Source: Nitrososphaerota archaeon
GTDB taxonomy: Archaea; Thermoproteota; Nitrososphaeria_A; Caldarchaeales; Calditenuaceae
Assembly: GCA_038741355.1 (NCBI GenBank)
Contig: JAVYLC010000015.1
Span: 539-32,538 of the forward strand
DNA length: 32,000 nucleotides
Direction: 5' to 3'
Below, piece after piece: positions 18,083 to 26,277 of this stretch. How positions within the stretch are numbered: position 1 is the stretch's first letter; each line of letters begins with the position of its first letter. A model generated the notes under the pieces. That model was given only the letters and a program-made list of their open reading frames with translations. It was not told where the DNA came from and searched no databases. The translations under genes were made by a program, and so were the position numbers.

Positions 18083-19281
18083 AGTAGTGGCTCAGGGTCT
18101 ATTTCTCCTAAATCCCTAATTTTTTCAAGCCTCGACATCAGATAGTCGCGAATAGCACGGGTGCTTGGAAGATCCTCCACTATCTCACCGTTGAGTATGA
18201 TGGGCTTTAACAGCTTCTCTACCGACCTGCCGCACTTTGGACACCGTTCAAGCTTTTTCTCCCGCGGCACAACTGTGTCGTGGAACATTTCACACCTGTA
18301 AACCTGCTTGGAAGAGGGGAGTTTCCCCCTCTTAGACACAGGCCGGCCCTCAACCTCTACGATATCCAACGCCAAGTCGATGGATGGCGGGAAGGCTATC
18401 GAGGTTCCCACACCAAACCCATCAACAATGTCGTTTAGCTCCTCAACATCACCTTCATCGATCCCGCCGCTCACGTATAGCTTGACGTCCCTGTAGCCGT
18501 TGACGGCAAGGGTCCACTTAACCTCCTCCACAATCCTCCTCATATTCCCCCTCCTGGAAGAGGGGGTGTCCAGTCTGACGCCATAGAGCCTGTCTCCGAG
18601 GGTCTTTGCAGCGAGGAGGGCTTCCTCCCTCTCGTCGAGGAAGGTGTCGCAGAGAGCGATTCTCGGAACATCTTTGGGTATGGCTGCGTCGAAAGACTTC
18701 CATGCCTCTGGCTGGCTTCCCGCGACTATTATCATAGCGTGGGGCATTGTTCCCACAGGTCTCTCACCGATCAGCTCCGCCCCTAAGACTCCGGAGACTG
18801 CGTCGCAGCCGCCGATGAACGCGGCTCTATCTACTGCAGGCGCCGCGGCAGGGTGGACACATCTTATCCCAAAGAAGATGAGCGTTTTTCCCCAGCCCTT
18901 CAGCCTGATCCTAGCCGCCTTTGTAGCCACGCTGGAACCGTGCCGAAGCATGCCTAGTATCGAGGATTCATAGACTCCAAACTCACCATAAGCCCCTGAG
19001 ACCTCCATCACAGGCTCGAAAGGCCTGAAGACCTCTCCCTCCCTCATCGAGTAGACATCGACACGCCTCCCCTCCAATACGGCCACAACCTCTTCCACAC
19101 CGGCCAGAACAGCCCACCGATACCCACTTGGAAGACCATAGGCGTGGATATCGGCAACCACCCGCCTATCGAGGAAACTCTTAGAAGAAAGGGTCTCTCG
19201 GGCCCTGACAAAATAGACATCAGTAACCCTTCCCCTTTTCACATCATCAATCGAGGCGGTGTAAATCTTCGGCCTCACCAA
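18073..19281 (-). CDS. pncB: Nicotinate phosphoribosyltransferase (archaeal type with C-terminal zinc-knuckle)
   Basis: The 402 aa protein has an N-terminal TDVYFVRA motif, a type II PRTase barrel pattern, and C..H...CPKCG near the C-terminus, as in archaeal NAPRTases. Confidence 0.8.
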   Translation of the reverse strand: MVRPKIYTASIDDVKRGRVTDVYFVRARETLSSKSFLDRRVVADIHAYGLPSGYRWAVLAGVEEVVAVLEGRRVDVYSMREGEVFRPFEPVMEVSGAYGEFGVYESSILGMLRHGSSVATKAARIRLKGWGKTLIFFGIRCVHPAAAPAVDRAAFIGGCDAVSGVLGAELIGERPVGTMPHAMIIVAGSQPEAWKSFDAAIPKDVPRIALCDTFLDEREEALLAAKTLGDRLYGVRLDTPSSRRGNMRRIVEEVKWTLAVNGYRDVKLYVSGGIDEGDVEELNDIVDGFGVGTSIAFPPSIDLALDIVEVEGRPVSKRGKLPSSKQVYRCEMFHDTVVPREKKLERCPKCGRSVEKLLKPIILNGEIVEDLPSTRAIRDYLMSRLEKIRDLGEIDPEPLLYP

Positions 19282-19417
19282 AACACTTCAAGGAATCCAC
19301 TTAGTGGAGCATGATAAAAACCCTTAAAGGAACCCTCATCCTGAAATTCTTCACAAGAGTAGGAGATCTCTCAGAGATAGGCCTTATAAGCAGCCGGAGG
19401 GGAAGGGCCTCAAAGGG

Positions 19418-19837
19418 ATGCCGCGGTTTAGACTACAGCTCAATAGGCCATATGGTGTCATCAGCGTCGAGGCAGAAAGCGTCGAGGAGATCGCCTCCTC
19501 CCTAAACAAGCTGATAGAGCTCTCAAGCATCGTGGACAAGAGCCTAGGAGTAGTCTCTCCCGCGGCTCAACAGCAGGCGGCTCCACCAGGAAGGGCTAGG
19601 CGGAGGAGGGGCAGCTCAGAAGCAGTCCTAGCCCTCGACACGATTGAAAGGCAAATACTCGGGACTGGATTCTTCTCAACCCCCCGCTCAACATCCGAGG
19701 TGAGGCAGAAGATCTACGAGTTAACGGGCCTAAGGCTTCAGAGTAGGAAGGTTAGCCAGGCTCTAGGAATCTTATACGAGTATAAGAAAATCATGAGGGT
19801 TGGGGGCAGAGGGAACTATAGGTGGTTTGAGAAATAA
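19418..19837 (+). CDS. Hypothetical protein with Arg-rich linker and wHTH-like C-terminal domain
   Basis: The 139 aa ORF has PGRARRRRG followed by STSEVRQKIYELTGLRLQSRKVSQALGILYEYKKIMRVGGRGNYRWF, a helix-turn-helix plus wing pattern. I did not recognise a family. Confidence 0.45.
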   Translation: MPRFRLQLNRPYGVISVEAESVEEIASSLNKLIELSSIVDKSLGVVSPAAQQQAAPPGRARRRRGSSEAVLALDTIERQILGTGFFSTPRSTSEVRQKIYELTGLRLQSRKVSQALGILYEYKKIMRVGGRGNYRWFEK

Positions 19838-19842
19838 GCGGC

Positions 19843-20811
19843 TTATGCGAGATATGCGTAAACGAGCCTGTCTAGGTGTTTAATGCGCTTTGCAGGGTGG
19901 GGGTGTGTGCTGAAGAGGTCGCTCAGGGGGTTGGGCTTAGCCCTCCTCAACTCCTCAATAACCCTCTCAACATCGATATATGGATCGACGGCGTGCTCAG
20001 GGTCTGAGATGAAGAACATCTTCAGCTGCTCGGTCCGCGCCCTATGCTCTGGCCTGATTCTGCCTGAGAGTGCCATAATCCGGACTAGAGCCCTCTGAAG
20101 CTTCCTCGCACCATCACTAACCACGCTTGCAGCGTGGCTGTCGGCATAGTATTCGCGGAGCCGGCTCATTAGAAAGACGAACAGGTTGAATATGAAGCTC
20201 AAAACTATGAGGCCGATGCCTATCAAGATTGGTGCTGCGCTGCCTCCATTCCTCCTAGCGCCTCCGAAAAGGCCAGACATGTATAGTGTATATCCGATAT
20301 AGTAGATTATCGCTGGTATGAGGCTTATCATCAACATGACCACGACGTCTCTGTGTCTCAGATGCCCCACCTCATGTGCTAGGACCGCCTCAAGCTCTTC
20401 GCGTGGAATACGGCCCAAAAGGCCGCTGGTAACAGCCACCATAGGGCCGGTCAACGGGCTTCCATAAGCGAAAGCATTTGGAATATTGATGTCCGCTATC
20501 ATGACCTTAGGCCTCTGGCGCAGGCCACTCTTAGCCGCCAATTCGTCAACCATCTGGTATAGCCACGGATATGCCGTCTGATCTGCCTCGGACACTCTGT
20601 AGATGGCGTTGATCAAGTATGGTCCGAATAGCCACTGTATAATATTTAGAATCACTACGAAGCCTATGACACCGTAGATATAGAATGTAGGCAGCCCCAG
20701 ATATAGTATGAGTGCGGTTAATAGAAGAGCGGCTGTCCCCACAACCGCGAGCCAGATGGTTATCATGCTGACCCGTAGTCCGAGTAGTGAGACCCTAGCT
20801 TGCTCCATCAC
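19843..20811 (-). CDS. htpX: M48-family zinc metalloprotease HtpX
   Basis: It has HEVGHLRHRD (HExxH), four TM segments and the C-terminal STHPHPAKRI motif. Confidence 0.9.
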   Translation of the reverse strand: MMEQARVSLLGLRVSMITIWLAVVGTAALLLTALILYLGLPTFYIYGVIGFVVILNIIQWLFGPYLINAIYRVSEADQTAYPWLYQMVDELAAKSGLRQRPKVMIADINIPNAFAYGSPLTGPMVAVTSGLLGRIPREELEAVLAHEVGHLRHRDVVVMLMISLIPAIIYYIGYTLYMSGLFGGARRNGGSAAPILIGIGLIVLSFIFNLFVFLMSRLREYYADSHAASVVSDGARKLQRALVRIMALSGRIRPEHRARTEQLKMFFISDPEHAVDPYIDVERVIEELRRAKPNPLSDLFSTHPHPAKRIKHLDRLVYAYLA

Positions 20812-20960
20812 GATAACACCCTGAATTCAACTAGACAGGGCGGCAAGTATTAAAGCTTATCCGACATAAAGCGAATGTTACCAATCCTAATTTATTTAGG
20901 ATGGGGGTTAGAAGATGTTAATGGTTAAATAACTGAACTGGGGGAGCGAATGAATAATTA

Positions 20961-21245
20961 TTAGATGATCTCGCGTACCTTTCTTTCCTCTCTGGGCCTA
21001 ACCTTGAGTACTCCATAGTGTATGGCGCAGGAGATGCAGAGATTCTCGGTAATGATGTTCTGGGAGATGTATGCACCAGCCTTCTTCAACTCTTTGAAAA
21101 GGTCTCCGCGGACGAGCGATACGCGCCGAGTGACGCGCTGAATCTTGCTCCTCGGAACAAGCGCACCGCAGTTATCGCACTGGACCATCGGCTCAGAGCC
21201 CTTCTGCCCCTTCGCTCTCCCCCTATTCTTTCTCTTCACAGGCAT
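20961..21245 (-). CDS. rps26e: 30S ribosomal protein S26e
   Basis: MPVKRKNRGRAKGQKGSEPMVQCDNCGALVPRSK... is the S26e pattern. I trimmed the 112 aa track ORF to the internal ATG at 21245. Confidence 0.9.
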   Translation of the reverse strand: MPVKRKNRGRAKGQKGSEPMVQCDNCGALVPRSKIQRVTRRVSLVRGDLFKELKKAGAYISQNIITENLCISCAIHYGVLKVRPREERKVREII

Positions 21246-21346
21246 GTTTTCCAATAATAATTCATTAGGGGGTGATTTAAACTCTTTATCAACCCACATT
21301 CACGCCGTCTACGACTCATTCAGCTCTTTAAGCCTATACGATTCTG

Positions 21347-21820
21347 CTAGGCCTTCCTCTTCTTCTCCGCCTTCAGGTAGGTCTCGAAAGCTCTTAGAGA
21401 CTCTTCTTGGACCGGGTCAACAGATCCGGGTCTGATCGTCCTGATCCAGTCTAGCGCTTCCTCGCTGCTCATTCCTTTGCTGTAGATCATGTATGCGGCG
21501 ACTATGGAGCCTGATCTTCCCTGTCCCGCGGCGCAGTGGACCAGCACACTACGCCCCCGCCTTCTCATCTCGTCGATAAACTTGACTGACTTCAGGATGG
21601 TTTCGAGTGGTGGTGGATCGTGGTCTGCTGTCGGTAAGTGTTCATAAACTATGTCGAAGCCCTCGAGGAAGATGGGAGGGATCTTGTCCTCGGTCAGGGA
21701 AAGTATTGAGCGTATGCCATTCTCGTGAAGCCACTGTATTTGCTGGCGGGTAACGGGTCGACCTGAGACGGCCAATCCCTCATCAACCCAGCCAAAATTG
21801 AAGGGTATGTCTGTAAACAT
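21347..21820 (-). CDS. Dual-specificity / Cys-based protein phosphatase
   Basis: It has the HCAAGQGRSG (CX5R) P-loop. The track ORF extends to 21904, but known small archaeal PTPs begin close to the equivalent of MFTDIPFNFGWVDEGLAVSGRP, so I prefer the ATG at 21820. Confidence 0.8.
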   Translation of the reverse strand: MFTDIPFNFGWVDEGLAVSGRPVTRQQIQWLHENGIRSILSLTEDKIPPIFLEGFDIVYEHLPTADHDPPPLETILKSVKFIDEMRRRGRSVLVHCAAGQGRSGSIVAAYMIYSKGMSSEEALDWIRTIRPGSVDPVQEESLRAFETYLKAEKKRKA

Positions 21821-23106
21821 CCCCCTTATCCGTCTGGCAACATCCCCCAAATTATCCACAGATAACAGTATTCTAGGCTGGTATAAGACCGTTGTGGGAT
21901 TCATAGGCTTTCATCCCTTCCCTCTCACCTCTAATGTTAGAGGTTCATGGAGGGCTTTCGGGGGCAACGGGGCTCCCCTCATCCTGAGCATGTTTAAACA
22001 TGCAGTTACATCTCTGTCATTCTCATATCCACACTTGCACTTAACGAGCCTATGCCCATTCGATGCTTTAACTAACTTACCACCACATATTGGGCATAGG
22101 CTTGAAGTCCCTTTCGGGTTGACGTAAACGACTGGTAAGCCTTCAAGGTTAGCCTTATACTCAATGAAGGATTGCAGCCTTCTAAAGTTCCATGAGTGCA
22201 GTCTACGGTTGAGGCATCTAGAGTGGTTAATTCTCCTCCTAATTCCTTTGAGGTTCTCCATAATTATCCCCATACCACGTTGCTTTGCGAAGTCTACAAA
22301 GCTATCTTATGCGTCTCATCCATAACTCTACGCCTTCTTCTACCGGAGTACTTTCTGAGTAGTCTTTCAGCAGTCTTGGGCTTATGTCTCTTCAGCATTT
22401 GAACCCCTCTGATGATGTTGAAGTAGGCGGTATGGGTGGTTCTCAAGCTGCTTTCGACCCTCAAGATATGTGGATTGGAGGAAACGGCTGTGACGTTCCC
22501 CTCATTAATGTCTATGGCTATCCAGTCGCTTGGATTGGTGAGGTCTACATCCTTTTTGAACGGTATGATTATCTTCGTCTCATTTATGGTGATTTCGCCA
22601 GTCCTCAGCCCCCATCCTTCCAAGCATCTATGAGCTTCTTCTGATACTCACCATACCTCAACCCTATGTATATGAATTTTCTAGGCTTAACTGATATTCT
22701 AACCATATCGCCGTAAAACTTGTATAGTTGGGGGTCGAGCTGCATGAAGAGCTTTTTAGCCTCAGGTCTACCACCCTCAGCTAATCCCTTACGCCTAAGC
22801 CTCCTAAAGCTTTTGAGCATTGCTAAGGCTATTTTACACGCTGAGTGGCAGAAGTGCGTCGAGTAGTTCCACCTCCTCCTCCATTCCCCATAAACACCCC
22901 TCCTGAGCTTGGCGTAGGATGTTATCCCCCTCTCAACGGCAAACCCTATGCAAAAGCTAACCATACACCTAAAGTCCTCTAGGAGCTTTCTAACCTCGTC
23001 GTCCGCCTCGTAGACAAATGGGACGCTGAGGACTACTTCCACAAACAGAGTATACACAAAAACATCTATAAAAAAATCTATCTATCCAGAAACTGCTGCC
23101 CTACCC
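21821..23106 (-). mobile_element. Stand-alone tnpB insertion element (IS1341-like; no tnpA). Ends are approximate.
   Basis: tnpB fills the space between the phosphatase gene and the prs promoter. The boundaries are inferred only from the flanking genes. Confidence 0.45.
21911..23057 (-). pseudogene. tnpB: TnpB (IS200/IS605-family OrfB, RuvC-like RNA-guided nuclease) interrupted by two frameshifts
   Basis: Three consecutive ORFs (22605..23057, 22294..22623, 21911..22273) together read as one TnpB. They contain RuvC-I IAIDINEGN, ...DETHKIA/VDFAKQRG..., RuvC-II IIMENL, the zinc finger CPICGGKL...CKCGYE and RuvC-III NDRDVTACLNM. Shift 1 lies in a G5 run (plus-strand CCCCC at 22609-22613). Shift 2 lies at about 22290-22296. 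Confidence 0.85.
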
Positions 23107-23121
23107 TTGAGCTGGGGAGGG

Positions 23122-23129
23122 GATATAAA
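23122..23129 (+). promoter_or_regulatory. TATA-like box GATATAAA upstream of prs
   Basis: It is centred about 29 nt upstream of the ATG at 23155, which is the typical spacing for a leaderless archaeal transcript. Confidence 0.35.
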
Positions 23130-23154
23130 CCTCGAGGAGAGAATAGTCTCGGAG

Positions 23155-24048
23155 ATGGTGGGGAGGTTCTCGGTAGTAGCGGGGCCCGCTTCGAGTGAGC
23201 TGGGACTTAAGATCGCTGAGGCGATGGGTCTAAAAGCCCTGAGGCTCCAGCACAAGACTTTTCCCGACGGTGAGTCCTATTTCAGATTCCTCGAAAAACC
23301 AGACTCTACAGTCGTTCTTGTTCAGGGTACGCATCCGCCCCAAGATAAACACCTTCTCCAACTGCTCCTAATGTCGATGGGCCTCAAAGAACTTGGGGCG
23401 TCACGCATAGTGGCCCTAGTCCCATACCTCGCATATGCGCGGCAGGACAAGGCCTTCCTTGAGGGAGAAGCTGTGAGCCTTAAGATAGTTCTCCACCTGA
23501 TGAAGTCGGCTGGGATTGACGAACTGGTAACGGTGAATCCGCACGCACCATGGGCTCTCCGAGAATCTGAGGTTGTGAGCCACTCCATCAGTGTTGCAAG
23601 GACTCTAGCATATAGCGTGAAGAGGCGTGGCTGGCAGATATCCTATGTTGTCTCACCTGGGAAGAAGGGGATGGAGCTCGCCGCCGAGGTCTCGTTAGAG
23701 CTTGGCGCAGAGCCGGTAAAGGCTGAGTCGTGGAGAGACCCCAACACTGGAGAGGTCAAGGTAGAGGTGGAAGACGGGCAGAGCCTCAGTAATAAGGGCG
23801 TGATGATTATCGACGACGTGGTAAGCTCAGGGGGAACCATGGTCAAGCTCGTAAAGAAGCTAAAGTCTGCGAACGCTTCAAGCATCTATGCCTGCTGCAT
23901 CCATGGCCTATTCATAGGCGGCTCAGATCAGAAAATCCTTGAGGCTGGAGCAGATGCAATATTAGCCACAAACACCGTTCCAAACAGGTATGCGGAGGTC
24001 GACATATCAGCTGAGGTCGCCAACTATTTAGCATCACTGATATCTTGA
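23155..24048 (+). CDS. prs: Ribose-phosphate pyrophosphokinase (PRPP synthetase)
   Basis: It has the PRPP-binding loop VMIIDDVVSSGGTM, plus FPDGES and VPYLAYARQDK motifs. I trimmed it to the ATG at 23155 (MVGRFSVVAG). Confidence 0.9.
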   Translation: MVGRFSVVAGPASSELGLKIAEAMGLKALRLQHKTFPDGESYFRFLEKPDSTVVLVQGTHPPQDKHLLQLLLMSMGLKELGASRIVALVPYLAYARQDKAFLEGEAVSLKIVLHLMKSAGIDELVTVNPHAPWALRESEVVSHSISVARTLAYSVKRRGWQISYVVSPGKKGMELAAEVSLELGAEPVKAESWRDPNTGEVKVEVEDGQSLSNKGVMIIDDVVSSGGTMVKLVKKLKSANASSIYACCIHGLFIGGSDQKILEAGADAILATNTVPNRYAEVDISAEVANYLASLIS

Positions 24049-25076
24049 AGCGTCTTCTAGCATTGCTTTCAGGCGAGGTGCTGGGACTTGCTTTAAGCGA
24101 GCTAAAGTCAATACTCCATATCCTTTACGACACGAACAATGTTGAGAGGATTACTGATAGGGTTGTCCAAATTAACGCCAACATTAGTGATGCCGGAGTC
24201 ATAATTGGCCGTGCGGCATATGTGAAAGAGCTGGTGGACCCTATCATCTACTCTCCCACATGTGAGGTCGGTGGCGCAGTTGATGTAATCGAGTCTGAAC
24301 TCCTAAGAGGTGTGCGTAGTTTTGCTGTAAGGGCTGTGAGGCTTGGTGGCGTCAAGTGTGATAGGACGGCCGTAGAGAGGTGGCTTGGGGAGGTAGTGCT
24401 GTCGAGCCACCCCCGCCTCAAGGTAGACCTATCCTCGCCCGACGTCATTATTCACGCATACATCACGGAGGACGGCATTTATGCGGGGCCTCTCCTCTCA
24501 CGTCTAAAATACAGCAGACTAGAGGCTAGGCGGCCTAAGATGAGGCCTTTCCGCCATCCCTCCGCCCTTATGCCAAGACTCGCAAGATGCATGGTCAACC
24601 TCACTAGGGTTAAGCCACCAGGATGGATAGTCGACCCGTTCGCAGGCACTGGATCGATCCCAATGGAGGCGGCCGATATGGGGTACAATGTTCTTGCGAT
24701 TGAGTTGAAAAGGTGGATTGCGCGTGGCTGTCTCGCGAACCTGAAGTGGAGTGGCCATGTCGAGAAGGTTGAGCTGATATGCGGAGATGCCACATCTCCT
24801 CCGTTGAGGGGGAGATTCCAGGGGGTCGCAACGGACCCACCCTATGGCCGCTCAACGCAGCTAAGCGACAGAAACATCGAGAGATTGTATCTCAGTGCAT
24901 TCTCATCGATTGCAGGGTTACTTGAACCTAGCAGCAGAATTGTCGCAGCGATTCCGCAGCAGCTGGTTGACCCATCATTGCTGGAAGAAATTGGCCTCCA
25001 CCTCCTAGAGCAACACCCCATCAAGATTCATTCGAGCCTGACAAGAGTGGTTTGTGTTTACAAGTTAGGGTCTTGA
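24045..25076 (+). CDS. THUMP-domain tRNA (guanine-N2) methyltransferase (Trm-G10/Trm11-like)
   Basis: It has SAM motif I DPFAGTGSIPMEAA and the catalytic DPPYGRS, preceded by an N-terminal THUMP-sized domain. It overlaps the prs stop (TTG start). Confidence 0.8.
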   Translation: MKRLLALLSGEVLGLALSELKSILHILYDTNNVERITDRVVQINANISDAGVIIGRAAYVKELVDPIIYSPTCEVGGAVDVIESELLRGVRSFAVRAVRLGGVKCDRTAVERWLGEVVLSSHPRLKVDLSSPDVIIHAYITEDGIYAGPLLSRLKYSRLEARRPKMRPFRHPSALMPRLARCMVNLTRVKPPGWIVDPFAGTGSIPMEAADMGYNVLAIELKRWIARGCLANLKWSGHVEKVELICGDATSPPLRGRFQGVATDPPYGRSTQLSDRNIERLYLSAFSSIAGLLEPSSRIVAAIPQQLVDPSLLEEIGLHLLEQHPIKIHSSLTRVVCVYKLGS

Positions 25077-25248
25077 ACGACTCGCCGTCATTTGGCTAAT
25101 CCTAAGCAATGGCAAGTATACGGAATAGCTTAAAGATCGTCGTCAAAAAAACATAATGCCATCGTAATGATTGTTAATATCACGCTCATACGTCTCAAAT
25201 CATGTAAGAATGCTTATTAATGAGAGTTAACATTCTAATTTGTAACTT

Positions 25249-26250
25249 ATGGAGACTGAAGTCAGTGTAGAACTCCAAAGACTCGTGGAGATCCTACGGC
25301 AGAGTTGGAAGATGGTGAGGACGCCCCGTATGAGGGCCATACTCAAGGTTCAGGATGTTGCGTGCGACGCCATGCGTAGCCTCTTGAAGTCTGAGGGCTT
25401 CATCGAACTGCTCCCACCCATAATTGGCCCAGTCACAGATCCGGGCATCAGGGGTGCAAAGCAGGCGACCATCGACTACTATGGCAGGGAGTATAAGGTG
25501 ATGAGCAGTGCGATACTGTATAAGCAGGCGGCGATGAGCGGGCTCGGCAAGATCTTCTTCATGTCACCCAACGTGAGGCTGGAGCCCATCGACTCGGCCC
25601 TCACAGGCAGGCATCTAGTGGAGTTTGTGCAGCTCGACCTTGAGATAGCGGAGGCAAGCTACTTTGACGCCATGGCCGTGGCAGAGCGGCTCTTATCCGA
25701 GGCAGTAAATACCGTGCGTGATACTTGCCAAAAGGAGTTGGAGCTGCTGGGCCGGCAGCTACCAGCAATTAAGCCACCCTTCAAGAAGCTCACCTATGAC
25801 GAGACCCTAGAATATCTGAGGATGAGGGGGATTAAAGTGAGATATGGTGTCGAGATTCCGTGGGATGCGGAGCAGCTCATATCAAAAATGATTGGTGAGC
25901 CCTTCTTCATAATAGATTATCCGAGAGGTGCTCGCGGCTTCTATGATATGGAGGATGTGAGGCGGCCGGGGATACTCCGGGACTTCGACCTGATATATCC
26001 CGAGGGGTATGGTGAATGCGCCTCTGGCGCCGAGAGGGAGTATCGATACGAGAAGGTGTTGGCGAGGATGAAGGAGACTGGTGAGGACCCGAGGAAGTAT
26101 GCTTGGTATCTTGAAATGCTTAAGGAGGGTATTCCGCCTAGCGCTGGGTTCGGGATAGGCATTGAGAGGCTTACGCGCTACTTATGCGGACTGGAAGTTG
26201 TGTGGGAGGCAAGGCTCTGCCCAAAGCTAGCCGGAATATACTCACCATAG
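25249..26250 (+). CDS. Class II aaRS catalytic-core paralog without an anticodon-binding domain (archaeal asparagine synthetase A-like, AsnRS/AspRS-derived)
   Basis: The 333 aa protein has class II motif 2-like RHLVEFVQLDLE and motif 3 GFGIGIERLTRYL. No N-terminal OB-fold domain is present. Confidence 0.75.
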   Translation: METEVSVELQRLVEILRQSWKMVRTPRMRAILKVQDVACDAMRSLLKSEGFIELLPPIIGPVTDPGIRGAKQATIDYYGREYKVMSSAILYKQAAMSGLGKIFFMSPNVRLEPIDSALTGRHLVEFVQLDLEIAEASYFDAMAVAERLLSEAVNTVRDTCQKELELLGRQLPAIKPPFKKLTYDETLEYLRMRGIKVRYGVEIPWDAEQLISKMIGEPFFIIDYPRGARGFYDMEDVRRPGILRDFDLIYPEGYGECASGAEREYRYEKVLARMKETGEDPRKYAWYLEMLKEGIPPSAGFGIGIERLTRYLCGLEVVWEARLCPKLAGIYSP

Positions 26251-26277
26251 ACATGAAGCGGGGCGATACGCCTCAAA

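Noticed and set aside
20884-20902. A hairpin ATCCTAA-TTTAT-TTAGGAT between rps26e and htpX, considered as a terminator or operator.
   Set aside because: The stem is only 7 bp and entirely AT-rich apart from 2 GC pairs, which is weak. It was not worth more than a note.
23099-23122. An imperfect inverted repeat CCCTACCC / GGGGAGGG between the tnpB start and prs, considered as an IS left-end hairpin.
   Set aside because: It matches 7 of 8 positions with an A.G mismatch, and it directly abuts the prs TATA-like box. I cannot tell an IS end from a promoter element without other copies of the element.
25077-25248. A 172-nt AT-rich intergenic region, scanned for a small RNA, tRNA or riboswitch-like structure.
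   Set aside because: I saw only a short 6-bp inverted repeat (AGAATG/CATTCT) and no C/D boxes or tRNA features. It is most simply a promoter region. It is mentioned within the AsnA-like finding.
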